Assembly (NCBI RefSeq): GCF_006345805.1
Contig: NC_043021.1
Span: 5,642,001 to 5,706,000, forward strand
Direction: 5' to 3'
Source of the DNA: Octopus sinensis
Lineage: Eukaryota
DNA: 64,000 nt
The position numbers and the translations under genes are program-made. Positions 1-12,643 of this stretch are shown piece after piece; the first letter of the stretch is position 1, and each line of letters starts with the position of its first letter. The notes under the pieces were generated by a model that was not told the DNA's origin, searched no databases, and saw only the letters and a list, made by a program, of their open reading frames with translations.

Positions 1-250
1 GTTCTGTCCATATTTGCTTGATGATATTTAAGTCAGGGCTCTGAGATGGCTAATCTTTCAATACGGTAACACCTTCATCAGCCAGACTTTGTTGTGTTGC
101 ACGCGATCTGTGGAATGGAGTTCCGTCATGCTGAAATATCACACCTTCATCCAAGACTAGTATCAAATTGTCCTTCAGCGACTGGATGTGTTTGGCACCA
201 TTCAAGTTACCGTGAAAATTTAACCAACTTTCTTGAAACTTCACTTTTTA
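1..250 (-). pseudogene. Tc1/mariner transposase relic (DDE-domain fragment)
   Basis: The minus frame reads IFQHDGTPFHRSRATQQSLADEGVTVLKD*PSQSPDLNIIKQIWTE, matching the Tc1 QQD..P.H / WP.QSPDLNPIE motifs. It has an in-frame stop at the W of WP and E>K at the last catalytic position. It runs off the window start. Confidence 0.8.
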
Positions 251-304
251 TGTATCCCCAAATTTCACTGCTTTTCGTTGTGTAACGTAGGTCGTTTCGC
301 TTTC

Positions 305-430
<126 letters not shown>

Positions 431-475
431 ATAAATGACAGAAAATGACATGCAACAAAATAAGGTAAATTTTGA

Positions 476-700
476 CCCTTTAGCATTCGGATTATTCAGT
501 CACGTGTTATGTTTATTTATTCACGTTGTTCTAAATTGATCGTGAACTGCCTTGTAAGCCTCAAGACTTAAGATGGTGTGATTTTTTTTTATTTTTAGAA
601 TGACATTGTTGGGTAGGTGTGAGAGACTAGATCAAGTCAGATTGAACGTAAAGCAGGCAGAATATTTTGGCCGGATATTGCCGGTTTAAATGCTAAAGTG
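476..700. mobile_element. piggyBac-like MITE (family PB1), degenerate ends
   Basis: Starts CCCTTTAG and ends GCTAAAG. It is the reverse complement of the TTAA-flanked copy at 44201-44419. Confidence 0.6.
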
Positions 701-705
701 TTTGG

Positions 706-1225
706 GGTGCGAGGCAGAGCCGGCTCGACAGCTTTATATTCCCACTGCGTGGAACCCTGAGCAAATATCTTTTACTATAGCCTCGGGCCGGCCAAAGCCT
801 TGTGAGTGGATTTGGTAGACGGATACTGAAAAGAAGCCCGTCGTATATATGTATATGTATATATATAGGTGCAGGAGTGGCTGTGTGGTAAGTAGCTTGT
901 TTTCCAACCACATGGTTCCGGGTTCAGTCCTACTGCGTGGCACCTTGAGCAAGTGTCTTTTACTATAGCCTCGGGCCGGCCAAAGCCTTGTGAGTGGATT
1001 TGGTAGACGGATACTGAAAAGAAACCCGTCGTATATATGTATATGTATATATATAGGCGCAGGAGTGGCTGTGTAGTAAGTAGCTTGTTTTCCAACCACA
1101 TGGTCCCGGGTTCAGTCCTACTGCGTGGCACCTTGGGCAAGTGTCTTCTACTATAGCCTCGGACCGGCCAAAGCCTTGTGAGTGGATTTGGTAGACGGAA
1201 ACTGAAAGAAGCCCGTCATATATAT
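706..1225 (+). mobile_element. three tandem 5' halves of tRNA-derived SINE family A
   Basis: The roughly 190-bp unit GGAGTGGCTGTGTGGTAAG...GGTTCAGTCC...GAAAGAAGCCCGTCGTATATA occurs three times (first copy diverged). Confidence 0.85.
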
Positions 1226-1380
1226 GTATATTATCATTATTTCTAAATCTTTCTAAAGGAGACTACGGCAGCAGTACTGGGTATTAATAGTTATCGCCAA
1301 GCTAACATGACAGTCCAGAAAAATAGGACTTACCCAACCCTCGAAATTTCAGGTCTTAATAGAAAAGATTTATACTTCTA

Positions 1381-2020
1381 CTAGCAGTATCGCCCGGCGT
1401 TGCTCGTGTTTGTAAGGGAAATAACTATATAAGCATTTTTAGAGATGTAAAGTATAATAGCCATCTCAATATGGCTAACCACAAGAGGGGGGGGGTTACT
1501 GTAGCTTTTTACGTTCTGAGATTTAATAATAAATTTTTAGAGAGTTACTTCCCTTATATATGCCAAAAATGCATTAAAAATGGGAAAGATTGATGGTAAT
1601 TTTTTTTTTAATCGTAGACTCATCGTAGACGCGCGCTAATACCCAGAAGGGCTCGATATGAATCAAGGCGGCTAGCTGGTAGAAACGTTAGCACGCCTGG
1701 CGAAATGCTTAGCGGTATTTCGTCTGCCGCTACGTTCTGAGTTCAAATTCCGCCGAGGTTGACTTTGCCTTTCATCCTTTCGGGGTCGATAAATTAAGTA
1801 CCAGTTACGCACTGGGGTCGATATAATCGACTTAATCCGTTTGTCTGTCCTTGTTTGTCCTCTCTGTGTTTAGCCCCTTGTGGGTAGTAAAGAAATAGAT
1901 ATGAATCACGACTATAAGATACCTGCTTTTGGTTAAAACTGCACCGCAAAATGTGGGAGCAGTTAGGAATCTAAATCGTAGGAGACAGACAGCACACAAC
2001 CTCTCTTTTATATATAAAGA
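1381..2020 (-). mobile_element. non-autonomous Helitron with a nested SINE B
   Basis: The minus strand starts TC(TTTATATATA) and ends in a CCCG/AGCAAC/GCCGGG hairpin plus CTAG, at an A|T site. It is interrupted by SINE B at 1666-1897. Confidence 0.85.
1666..1897 (+). mobile_element. tRNA-derived SINE family B (central domain resembles Meta-SINE)
   Basis: Head AGGCGGCTAGCTGG, B-box-like GAGTTCAAATTCC, tail AAAGAAATA. An 11-bp TSD GATATGAATCA lies at 1655-1665 and 1898-1908. The superfamily label is from memory. Confidence 0.85.
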
Positions 2021-2166
2021 TAATTGCTATTGTTGTTGCTATTTTTATGATAATGTTTATTACTGAAAATTTTTTAAAGAAAAGAGAGAGAATAGTACAC
2101 ACCAAACTATTTCCTTCTGTTTGTTGCCACCAATCTTCAACAACAACTACAAGAATGTTCAGTCCA

Positions 2167-2432
2167 TCACCACAGAAACAAAATTAAAAGGATGGTAGAA
2201 ATGAGGAAAGTTCTTTTGTCTTTTGTTATCATAGGTGTGTTTGATGTTGGACAGTGTTTCTTGTTTGAACCAATGCATGATGAGTAAGCCAAGGCAAGTG
2301 GCACAAATACTTGCTCCCTTACACCGTGAAATATATGAGACATAGGACCACGAACAAAAATCGCGATTTCCTCAGCTCCATGCGTTTCACGGGTCAAAGG
2401 AACTGTAGCTTGTTGGAGATAAGATTTATCAG
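2167..2432 (-). CDS. alkaline phosphatase (ALPL-like), terminal coding exon
   Basis: After acceptor TTTTCTTAG| (phase 1) the frame reads DKSYLQQATVPLTRETHGAEEIAIFVRGPMSHIFHGVREQVFVPLALAYSSCIGSNKKHC...FLISTILLILFLW*. This matches the AP C-terminus (VPL..ETHG.ED/E, GPM.H.FHGV.EQ, AY..CIG....C) plus a hydrophobic GPI-signal-like tail. AATAAA is at 2056-2061 (minus). Upstream exons were not found. Confidence 0.85.
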
Positions 2433-2822
2433 CTAAGAAAAGACAAAAATGTTACAAATGAATAAGTAGAAATGTATAACGAAAAAGAAATCCGAAGAAA
2501 GAAAAAGAAAAAAAGAAAGGAAATTATCGAAATATATCTTTATGTTACTTTCTTTTGAATTATCATTGTCAGAAAACATTTCTACATTTTAATTTTCTTA
2601 TTTTTCAAACACATAGGTGTGGTCAGTTATAGCGTCGTCACGGTTAAATCCAAAAACGGGTGTAGAGTGAGAAGGCAGGTAAGTTAATAAAATAATGGAG
2701 TTAATTAGTTAGATTAGATTGGTGTTTAATTAGTAGTCATGCAGATTAGTAGTTGAGTAGAATGAACACGTTGCTAGCGAGATGCCAAAAAAAAGGTAGA
2801 TCTCAAAAGAGCAGAGGCGTGT

Positions 2823-2877
<55 letters not shown>

Positions 2878-2894
2878 AATGTGTGTGTGTGTAT

Positions 2895-2936
<42 letters not shown>

Positions 2937-3232
2937 GACAGAGACAGAGCTTCCCGCTGATCAAGGATCAAAAATGTTCCGGCCATGCCTACCAAGACTT
3001 TCTTTCAGATGTAGTGTATCTTGGACAATATTATATAACGTGTCCTTCATTTTTTAAGATTGTAGAGTTTAGATATGAAAGTGGTTTGACCGCTATCTCT
3101 AGCAGCCCGGTTGTTTTCCCTGTAACAGCTTCACATAACAGCTACTGAACGGTGGCACGTACGTTGATTACTGACTGGAAATCGGACAACTTCATACCCG
3201 TGGCCTGCTGGCAAACACTGAGTACTCTATAT

Positions 3233-3461
3233 GGCGGCGAGCTGGCAGAATCGTTAGCACGCCGAGCGAAATGCTTTGCGGTATTTCGTCCGCCGCTGCG
3301 TTCTGAGTTCAAATTCCGCCGAGGTCGACTTTGCCTTTCATCCTTTCGGGGTCGATAAATTTTGTACCAGTTACACACTGGGGTCGTTGTAATCGACTTA
3401 ATTCGTTTGTCTGTCTTTGTTTGTCCCCTTTATATTTAGCCCCTTGTGGGTAATAAGAAAA
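3233..3461 (+). mobile_element. SINE family B
   Basis: Full-length match to 1666-1897. Confidence 0.85.
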
Positions 3462-4114
3462 CATATATGAGTGATTCATATTTGAAAAAAATATCAGATA
3501 TATTCCTCTATTTCAGAGGTACAGAAGCTTATTTCTTTCGGTGCTAAATCTTCATAGCAAGACAATATCTCCCAATGCATTTGTACGCGCAAAAACATTC
3601 GTAGCGCACACTTACACATACATACAAACACACAGAGAAGCATACGGACGTAACTGCTCACTTCACGGAGAGAGTTAAGTTAACCAGATTGGTATCACAG
3701 AACTAGGGTACAGGAGGCGGGATCTGTATGAGCACCCCCTACTTACAAAGGGGATAGAAAATGCTCTGCGGTCACAGTTTGTGCGAAGCTTGAGGGATTC
3801 GGTTGATAAAAAAAAGGGTTATAAATCAAATTATCAAAATAAATAAATAAAATGATAATAATAATAATAATAATGATACAATCTATAAAAAGAAGTAATA
3901 AGCATAATATTAACTATAAAAACGATAATATAAATACTGATATTGATAATACAGATATAAATACTAATACTTATATAATAACAACAACAAACATAAAAGA
4001 GAAAACAATAAAAGTATTAAGATAGTTAAGGAATACAATGATAAAGTGGATAGTAACGAAAATAGTAAACAACCTAACGTAAATAATTTTAATTAATTGT
4101 AAACTACTAACAGG

Positions 4115-4356
4115 GGATCTTTTCCTTTTGAACAGCACATACTCTTTACTCTTTTACTCTTTTACTTGTTTCAGTCATTTGACTGCGGCCATGCTGGAGC
4201 ACCGCCTTTAGTCGATCAAATCGACCCCGGAACTTATTCTTTGTAAGCCCAGTACTTATTCTATCGGTCTCTTTTCCCGAACCGCTAAGTGGCGGGGACG
4301 TAGACACACAGCATCGGTTGTCAAGCAATGCTAGGGGGACAAACACAGACACACAA

Positions 4357-4453
<97 letters not shown>

Positions 4454-4910
4454 ATATATATATATTACATATATACGACAGGCTTCTTTCAGTTTCCGTC
4501 TACCAAATCCACTCACAAGGCATTGGTCGGCCCGAGGCTATAGCAGAAGACACTTGCCCAAGATGCCACGCAGTGGGACTGAACCCGGAACCATGTGGTT
4601 GGTTAGCAAGCTACTTACCACATAGTCACTCCTCTAGTAAACTAAACACTTTAAAACTTCGTATACTGGTAGAACGTGTCAAAGTAAAACATTTGACGCA
4701 GCAAATGATTTTAGCTCAATTAGAGGCGATTCATTGGTTAAAATTCGAAAAATTAAACTACGTTAAACAAACGAAGTACAATTTTCTCAAGAAAGCCAAG
4801 AGAAAAAAATGTTTTATTTTGACACATTCTACCAGCATACGAAGTTTTAAAGTGTTTAGTTAACTGGAAATTGTGTTGATGACATGTGCCGTTCAAATGG
4901 AAAAAGATCC
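4115..4910. mobile_element. Merlin-like MITE (GGATC TIRs, 8-bp TSD) with nested SINE A
   Basis: Termini GGATCTTTT...AAAAAGATCC with long TIRs. TSD CTAACAGG at 4107-4114 and 4911-4918. GG termini plus an 8-bp TSD fit the Merlin/IS1016 superfamily. Confidence 0.75.
4141..4633 (-). mobile_element. SINE family A, full length
   Basis: A/B-box-like head, internal (TA)n(TG)n tract, (AAAAGAGT)n tail. Confidence 0.9.
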
Positions 4911-5291
4911 CTAACAGGAAATAAATGTAATGAGGATAACTCTGAAGACATAGAATACAAGCACAGCTCTATTAGTAAGGAAACAAGTAACGTTTCTAAA
5001 AATAAAATTTTCGATTGCGCCAAAGGAAAACGATGTGCATTAAATTCTTTCTGTAGAGAAAATTTCTCACTACATTTATATTTTCCACTGAGCTCTCTAC
5101 ACATTCTGACTGAATCTTCCATGCGTTAACAGGTACCTCCTTACGACAATTTAATCAAGATATCCTTGGCCTGAAAAGTAGCCTGCGGTATACACCTCAC
5201 TTGGATATTTAACACTTCCGAGGTTCCGCTCGCTATGGAACATATGTAGCCCGGATCTTATTCTACTCCATTCCTTAACTCTGTATATATA

Positions 5292-5357
<66 letters not shown>

Positions 5358-5620
5358 TAAAGATCCAGGAATCAGGTGTAGGAAGAAAGTTAGCTTCAAG
5401 CAATCCGTAGTACAGGGGCAATTGTGGTTTATTGAGACGGAAGGTTGCGGATTTTTTCGTATCTAAATACAATAAACAGAAAAAAAGTTCTTTTTATATT
5501 TCACGATAGGTGACCGAGGTTGCCTCGTATGCGAATAAGAAAACATGTGTTAAGTAATGGAGTTGATATCATTTAATCAAGATATCCTTGGCCTGAAGAT
5601 TAGCCTGCGGTAGACACCTC

Positions 5621-5720
5621 NNNNNNNNNNNNNNNNNNNNNNNNNNNNNNNNNNNNNNNNNNNNNNNNNNNNNNNNNNNNNNNNNNNNNNNNNNNNNNNN
5701 NNNNNNNNNNNNNNNNNNNN
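5621..5720. other. assembly gap (100 N)
   Basis: Run of N. Confidence 1.
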
Positions 5721-6103
5721 ATGCTGGAGAAGGTAGGCTGGCCTCCTCGTGATGACCAGCGATGATCGGTATATCATTCCAGTGACCGCAGTGACCTCTA
5801 GTGTTCACCACAAGAACTCGTCTTGCCAGCGGCCCAAAGTAGACATTTGCACCGAACGACTCCATAGCATGATGATCTGATGATTACTGACACGTTCGTG
5901 TGTATATACATGTGTGTGTGTGTGAATGTGTGTGTGTGTGTGTGTGTAGATGCATATTTGTATATACAATATATAATATATATGTATGCACATATAGATA
6001 TCATATAGATATATATATATATATACATACATTTATATATGCATACATATGTATATATATATATATAATATATATTATATATATATATAATATATATAAT
6101 ATG

Positions 6104-6135
<32 letters not shown>

Positions 6136-6319
6136 ATATATATTATATATATAATATATATTATATATATATATAATATATATATTAATATATATATATG
6201 TATATATATATATATACAATACATTATATATATTTGAATGCACTCAAATACTTGTCACGTTCATATATTGTTTTACATATACTGTCATCATGTCAAATTG
6301 TTTATAAAAATTGAAGAAG

Positions 6320-7268
6320 GGATCTTTTCTTTTTGAAAGCCAGATTTTCCTAGTTAACTAAACAATTTGAAACTTCGTATACTGGTAGAATGTGTCAAAA
6401 GAAAACATAATTGTAAACCAAAATGAAAACGGAATTGTAATTTCTAAGTTTGACGTTGTTTAAAAATTCGAATTTTAACCAATGATATTCTTTCTTTCGG
6501 TCATATTATTTACAGCTTCTCAAAATATTGTTACTGTGACGTAAACAGCTATTTTGTGACGTGGTTAACGTAAACATGTAAATAGCTAAAATGTAAACAT
6601 CTCCGCTTATCGTAAACTTCGTGGAGTATATATAAAATTTGTGTAGATCCTAAATAGCTACACACACATGTGTATATATTTATAATGTGTGTGTATTATA
6701 GATGCATACATTATATATATATAAAAGATGTATATGTATGTATGAATATATAAGTACCACAGAATTTGAATCAAACTGTTTTGATCCATACATACACACA
6801 CACACACACACCAACACTACCATCCATGAGACATCCTAACATAATCAATGCTACTACTACAATCATCATCATTATCATCATCATCCACTGCCGCCACCAC
6901 CACCACCACCTCTACAAAAACATCAACACTATAATTGCTGCCATCATACACATCCACTGTCACCACTACCACCACTGCCATGATAACCACATCTACCACA
7001 GCTGTTTGCTTACTGCTTACCCACTCACAAAATAGCTATCTACGTCACATTAACACTATGCAGCTAATAATTTCAAATGAAAACAGACAATACGATTGGT
7101 TAAAATTCGCAGATTTAAACTACGTTTAAACTTATAAAATACATTTTTATCAAAAAAACTAGTAGAAATTATTGTTTTTTTTTACACATTCTACCAGTAT
7201 ACGAAGTTTCAAATTATTTAGTTAACTAGAAAAATCTGAAAAATCTGACTTTCAAAAAGAAAAGATCC
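6320..7268. mobile_element. Merlin-like MITE, second copy
   Basis: Termini GGATCTTTTC...AAAAGATCC with roughly 85-bp TIRs. TSD TGAAGAAG at 6312-6319 and 7269-7276. Confidence 0.75.
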
Positions 7269-7567
7269 TGAAGAAGTTTAACCAAAATTTCAACACGTGA
7301 AATATGTGTGTGCATGTATTACAAAAAGAAAATAGAAACTACACGTAGAAATGTAAGGGGAAAGTAAGAAGAAAAATTTGCGAAAATGCTCATTGGAAAT
7401 CAAAAGAAGTAAAGGCTTTTTATGAACAGTAACAATAGTTATATACAATTAGATGAACTGAGGTAGGAATAAAATCAGATTTAGGACTGAATCCAATTTT
7501 ATAGTAAAATATTATATAATATTAATTCATAACTTCATAACTTAAAATTGAATAGAAGATCTGAATA

Positions 7568-7613
7568 CCACCTGATGAATGTCCTTAGAAGAGACACGAA
7601 ACAATTGTAGTGG
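7568..7613 (+). ncRNA. type I hammerhead ribozyme motif (Penelope-type, palindromic stem III)
   Basis: CCAC-CTGATGA-a.TGTC..GACA.c-GAAA-CAATTGT-A-GTGG. Stem I is CCAC/GTGG, stem III is the palindrome ACAATTGT, and the cleavage triplet is GUA. There is an A.C mismatch at 10.1/11.1. Confidence 0.65.
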
Positions 7614-8410
7614 CGAATTTAATTTTATTTAATTTATATAAAATTTTTTATGTATTGGATTAAGTCTTTCTTTGTTTGATTTGCATAATAGTGGTTTTGT
7701 CTCTAATTAATATTATATATATATATAGTAGACCCGACACCGTTTGGTAATCGGTGTGCATTCAAAGCAGTGATTTTACGAAACCGGTATGCTTTTGAAT
7801 CTCTTTAACAATTCACAATAATGACTTTTATTACTTTTATTCCTACCTCAGTTCATCTGTGCCTCATTCCTGGGTGATAGAATCACTATACCTTGCCAAA
7901 GTACCAGCTGCTTTAGTGAATGCCGCTGAAAGACCAACCACAACATGCTCCAAACAGTTACCACTGACAAACTATTAAAGCAATACCTATTGTTACAAAC
8001 AGATTTCAGCTATCAACAGGCATATTCCAGCTCTCTATCCATCCATCAATCCATCCAACTATCTTTTAATTATTCGATCGATATATCTATCTGTCTACCT
8101 ACCTATATATATATATCTCAATCTATTTTCTATCTACATACCTACCTACCTCTATTCCTCTCTCCACACTTATACACACCTTCCTCACTTCCTCTTTACC
8201 TCTCTTTCTCTCCCTCTCCTTTTCTCTCCCTCTCCTTTCCCCCCCCCCTTCTCTCCCTACATACCTCCATCCATCCTATCCCTCTATTTCTCACCAGCTA
8301 TTTCATCCTACTCCACGTATACTAAACGTGCCAACACCAACATAATCTCTAAACTGCATTTTTCTCCATAAAATAAAATTATCTTTCTTATTTTAAAAAT
8401 AACATCAACG

Positions 8411-8810
8411 ACAGGAGTGGCTGTGTGGTAAGTAGCTTGCTTTCCAACCACATGGTTCCGGGTTCAGTCCCACTGCGTGGCACCTTGGGCAAATGTCTTC
8501 TACTATAGCCTCAGGCCGACCAAAGCCTTGTGAGTGGATTTGGTAGACGGAAACTGAAAGAAGCCCGTCGTATATATGTATATATATGTGTGTGTGTCTG
8601 TATGTCTGTGTTCGTCCCCCCAGCATCGCTTGACAACTGATGCTGGTGTGTTTACGTCACTGTAACTTAGCGGTTCGGCAAAAGAGACCGATAGAATAGG
8701 TACTGGGCTTACAAAGAATAAGTCCTGGGGGGGTCGATTTCCTCGACTAAAAGGCGGTGCTCCAGCATGGCCGCAGTCAAATGACTGAAACAAGTAAAAG
8801 AGTAAAAGAG
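8411..8810 (+). mobile_element. SINE family A
   Basis: Full-length copy. Confidence 0.9.
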
Positions 8811-8959
8811 GGAGAGACAGCAACAACGACAACAAAAATATTAAATTAATCAAAAAATATTATATTGTTTTAAGAAATGTTGTCGACAACAGAGTTGGTG
8901 AGGAGCATACTTCTGACAAGCTACCTTGACCTAAAAACACTAGTTTCTTAAAGTCCATT

Positions 8960-9211
8960 TGTTGTTGTTGTTGTTGTTGCTGCTGCTGCTACTGCTGTTG
9001 CTGCTGATGTTGTTGTTGTTGTTGTTGTTGCTGTTGTTGTTGTTGTTGCTGTTGTTGTTGTTGTTGTTGCTGTTGTTGTTGCTGTTGTTGTTGTTGTTGC
9101 TGTTGTTGTTGTTGTTGTTGTTGCTGTTGTTGCTGTTGTTGCTGTTGTTGCTGTTGGTGTTGTTGTTGTTGTTGTTGTTGTTGCTGTTGTTGCTGTTGTT
9201 GCTGTTGTTGC

Positions 9212-9264
<53 letters not shown>

Positions 9265-9415
9265 TTGCTGCTACTGCTGTTGCTGCTGATGTTGTTGTTG
9301 TTGTTGTTGTTGTTGCTGTTGTTGTTGCTGTTGTTGTTGTTGTTGCTGTTGTTGTTGTTGTTGTTGTTGTTGCTGTTGTTGTTGTTGTTGTTGTTGTTGC
9401 TGTTGTTGCTGTTGC

Positions 9416-9449
<34 letters not shown>

Positions 9450-9481
9450 GCTGTTGTTGTTGCTGTTGTTGTTGTTGTTGC

Positions 9482-9512
<31 letters not shown>

Positions 9513-9620
9513 GCTGTTGTTGTTGTTGTTGTGTTGTTGTTGTTGTTGTTGTTGTTGCTGTTGTTGTTGTTGTTGCTGCTGCTGCTACTGCTGTTGCTGC
9601 TGATGTTGTTGTTGTTCTGC
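8960..9620. repeat. (GTT/GCT)n trinucleotide array with higher-order repeats
   Basis: The variant block GCTGCTACTGCTGTTGCTGCTGATGTT recurs near 8985, 9268 and 9580. Confidence 0.9.
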
Positions 9621-9699
9621 TTCTGTACTGTTTTGATCTCATTTGTAATTTCTAGACGATGGTTCAACCAAAGCCGACGCATAAGCGCAGACATGGCGA

Positions 9700-9974
9700 T
9701 ATGGCGACGCGAGGTGTCATGGCCGTCCGGTTAAGAAGTTCTCCTTCGAGTTCCGTCCAACCACGCGCGGCACCTTTAAGCAAGTGTCTTCTTCCATAGT
9801 CCCCCGGACCAACCAACCAACTAACGAGACCTGTGAAGTGTGAATTCAGCAACCCCTACACCCATTTCAGATATGCATTTGGGTGCGTTCGAGATTCAAG
9901 TTTTATCGATCGATCGACTGAAAATATGGAGAACGCGCCTCACAATGAGATCTTCGTCAGAGCTAAAACAAATC

Positions 9975-10013
<39 letters not shown>

Positions 10014-10987
10014 TCTGTGTGTGTGTGTATGTGTGTGTGTGTGTGTGTATGTGTGTGTGTGTCTGTGTATGTGTGTGCGTGTGTGTATGTGTGTGTGTAT
10101 GTGTGTGTGTATGTGTGTGTGTGTGTGTGTCTGTGTATGTGTGTGTGTGTGTGTGTATGTGTGTGAGTGTGTATGTGTATGTGTGTGTGTGTGAGTGCGT
10201 GTGTGTGTGTGTGTGTCTGTGTGTCTGTGTATGTGTGTGTGTATGTGTGTGTGTATATGTGTGTTGTGTGTCTTCTGTGTGTGTGTGTGTATGTGTGTGT
10301 GTATGTGTGTGTGTATGTGTGTGTGTGTGGATGAGTGCGTGTGTGTGTGTGTGTGATCTGTGTATGTGTGTTTGTGTATGTGTGTGTAGTGTATTGTGTG
10401 TGTTGATGTTGTTGTGGTATGTGTGTGTCCTGTGTATGTGTATTGGTGTTGTGTGTGTGTGTGGTTCTGTGTATGTGTGTGTGTATGTGTGGTGTGTATG
10501 TGTGTGTAGTATGTGTGTGTGTGACGTGAGTTGTGTGTTGTATGTGGTGTATGTGTGTGTGTGTGTGTATGGTGTGTGTATGTGATGTGTGTGTGTGATG
10601 TGTGTGTGGTGTGAGTGCGTGTGTGTGTGTGTGTGTCTGTGTGTTGTGTATGTGGTGTGTATGTGTGTGTGTATGTGTGTGTGTGTGTCTGTGTATGTGT
10701 GTGTGTATGTGTGTGTGTATGTGTGTGTATGTGTGTGTGTGTGTGAGTGCGTGTGTGTGTGTGTTGTCTGTGTATGTGTGTGTGTGTGTATGTTGTGTGT
10801 ATGTGTGTGTGTATGTGTGTGTGTGTGTATGTGTGTGTTGTGTATGTGTATGTGTGTGTGTGTGTGTGTCTGTGTATGTGTGTGTGTAGTGGTGTGTATG
10901 TGTGGTGTTGTGTGTGTGTGAGTGCGTTGTGTGTGTGTGTGTGTGTGTGTATGTGTGTGTATGTGTGGTGTGTGTGATGTGTGTGTA

Positions 10988-11022
<35 letters not shown>

Positions 11023-11525
11023 GCGTGTGTGTGTTGTGTGTGTCTGTGTGTGTGTGTGTGGTGTGTGTGTGTGAGTGTCTGTGTATGTGTGTGTGTATGT
11101 GTGTGTGGTGTGTGTATGTGTATGGTGTGTGTGTGTGTATGTGTATGTGTGTGTGTGTATGTGTGTGTATGTGTGTGTGTATGTGTATGTGTGTGTGTGT
11201 GTGTATGTGTATGTATGTGTGTGTATGTGTGTGTATGTGTGTGTGTATGTGTATGTGTGTGTGTGTGCGTGTGTCTGTGTCTGTGTCTGTGTATGTGTGT
11301 GTGTTTCTTCGTGTTTATGTTGTGCTTTTTTCCACCACCCAACCGCTCGGCAAGCGGTGATGGTTTCTTTACGTCCCCGTAACATAGCGGTTCGCAAATA
11401 AGAAACCGATAGAATGAGTATCAGACTTTTTTTAAAAAAAGGTACGGGTGTCGATTTTTTTTACTAAAACTCTTGAAAGAGGTGTCCTAGCATGGCTGCA
11501 GTTCAATGACTGAGACAAGTGAAAG
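9700..11525 (+). mobile_element. old SINE A copy with internal microsatellite expanded to about 1.3 kb (9979-11300)
   Basis: Diverged head at about 9705-9830 (GCACCTTTAAGCAAGTGTCTTC), then a (TG/TATG)n array, then a diverged 3' half ending GACAAGTGAAAG. Confidence 0.65.
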
Positions 11526-11730
11526 ATAAAAGATATCTATTAGCGACGGAGGCAGTATTAATACCGAGGGGGTAATATTAATCCCCCTCTTAAACATGGA
11601 TGTTCTGTTAGAACAAACTATACTGCGGTAGATATCACGAGAGAAACTATCATATTGGCTTTCGGGACAAAACGCTCTCGTGTTTATATTGCTAACAGGG
11701 AGATAAATCCCCTCCACCTCCAGCACCGAG

Positions 11731-11779
11731 ACCACCAGATCACGTGATTTCAACCTTGCTTGGTCTCGTCAGTGATGGG
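11731..11779 (-). ncRNA. type I hammerhead ribozyme, copy 1
   Basis: Minus: CCCATCA-CTGACGA-GACC-aagcaa-GGTT-GAAA-TCACGTGAT-C-TGGTGG. Stem I is 6 bp, stem II is 4 bp and stem III is the palindrome ATCACGTGAT. Predicted cleavage is after AUC (11738/11737). Confidence 0.8.
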
Positions 11780-12100
11780 CGCTCGACCGCTAGAGACAGC
11801 AGTAATTCGTCTCCCCGCCTGTGATATATGGAATAACAGCGTCAGGACAGACGTTGGTATGGTGGTTATGCTTGTGAGCTTGTTGAAACAAAAAGATAAA
11901 AGATATCTATTAGCGACAGAGGCAGTATTAATATCGAGGGGGTAATATTAATCCCCCTCTTAAACATGGATGTTCTGTTAGAACAAACTATACTGCGGTA
12001 GATATCACGAGAGAAACTATCATATTGGCTTTCGGGACAAAACGCTCTCGTGTTTATATTGCTAACAGGGAGATAAATCCCCTCCACCTCCAGCACCGAG

Positions 12101-12149
12101 ACCACCAGATCACGTGATTTCAACCTTGCTTGGTCTCGTCAGTGATGGG
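12101..12149 (-). ncRNA. type I hammerhead ribozyme, copy 2
   Basis: Identical to copy 1, shifted by exactly 370 nt. Predicted cleavage at 12108/12107. Confidence 0.8.
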
Positions 12150-12251
12150 CGCTCGACCGCTAGAGACAGTAGTAATTCGTCTCCCCGCCTGTGATATATG
12201 GAATAATAGCGTCAGGACAGACGCTGGTGTGGTATTTATATAGTGGTATTT

Positions 12252-12643
12252 AAGGCGGCGAGCTGGCAGAAACGTTAGCACGCCGGGCGAAATGCTTAGC
12301 GGTATTTCGTCTGCCGAGGTCGACTTTGCCTTTCATCCTTTCGGGGTCGATAAATTAAGTACCAGTTACGCACTGGGGGTCAATATAATCGACTTAATCC
12401 GTCTGTCTGTCCTTGTTTGCCCCCTCTGTGTTTAGCCCCTTGTGGGTAATAAAGAAATAGGTATTTCGTCTGCCGTTACGATGTGAGTTCAAATTCCGCC
12501 GAGGTCGACTTTGCCTTTCATCCTTTCGGGTTCGATAAATTAAGTACCAGTTACGCACTGGGGTCGATGTAATCGACTTAATACCTATGTCTGTCCTTGT
12601 TCGTCCTCTCTGTGTTTAGCCCCTTGTGAGTAATTAAGAAATA
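12252..12643 (+). mobile_element. SINE family B tandem dimer
   Basis: A monomer followed by a second unit joined at AAAGAAATAG|GTATTTCGTC (12451-12470). Confidence 0.85.

Noticed and set aside
4935-4995. CTGAAGA...GAAAC on the plus strand
   Set aside because: No consistent stems I or III.
5148-5620. 50-bp direct repeat (5148-5198 and 5570-5620)
   Set aside because: The second copy ends at the N gap, so the unit cannot be defined. It may be an assembly edge effect, and it has no ribozyme core.
5721-5790. HDV-like GGCCTCCTCG motif next to the gap
   Set aside because: P3 and P1.1 pairing cannot be formed and the upstream sequence is in the gap.
11487-12123. duplicated 85-88 aa ORF in the 370-bp repeat
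   Set aside because: It begins at a TTG inside the ribozyme stem, has no recognisable domain, and the unit length is not a multiple of 3. It is probably incidental.
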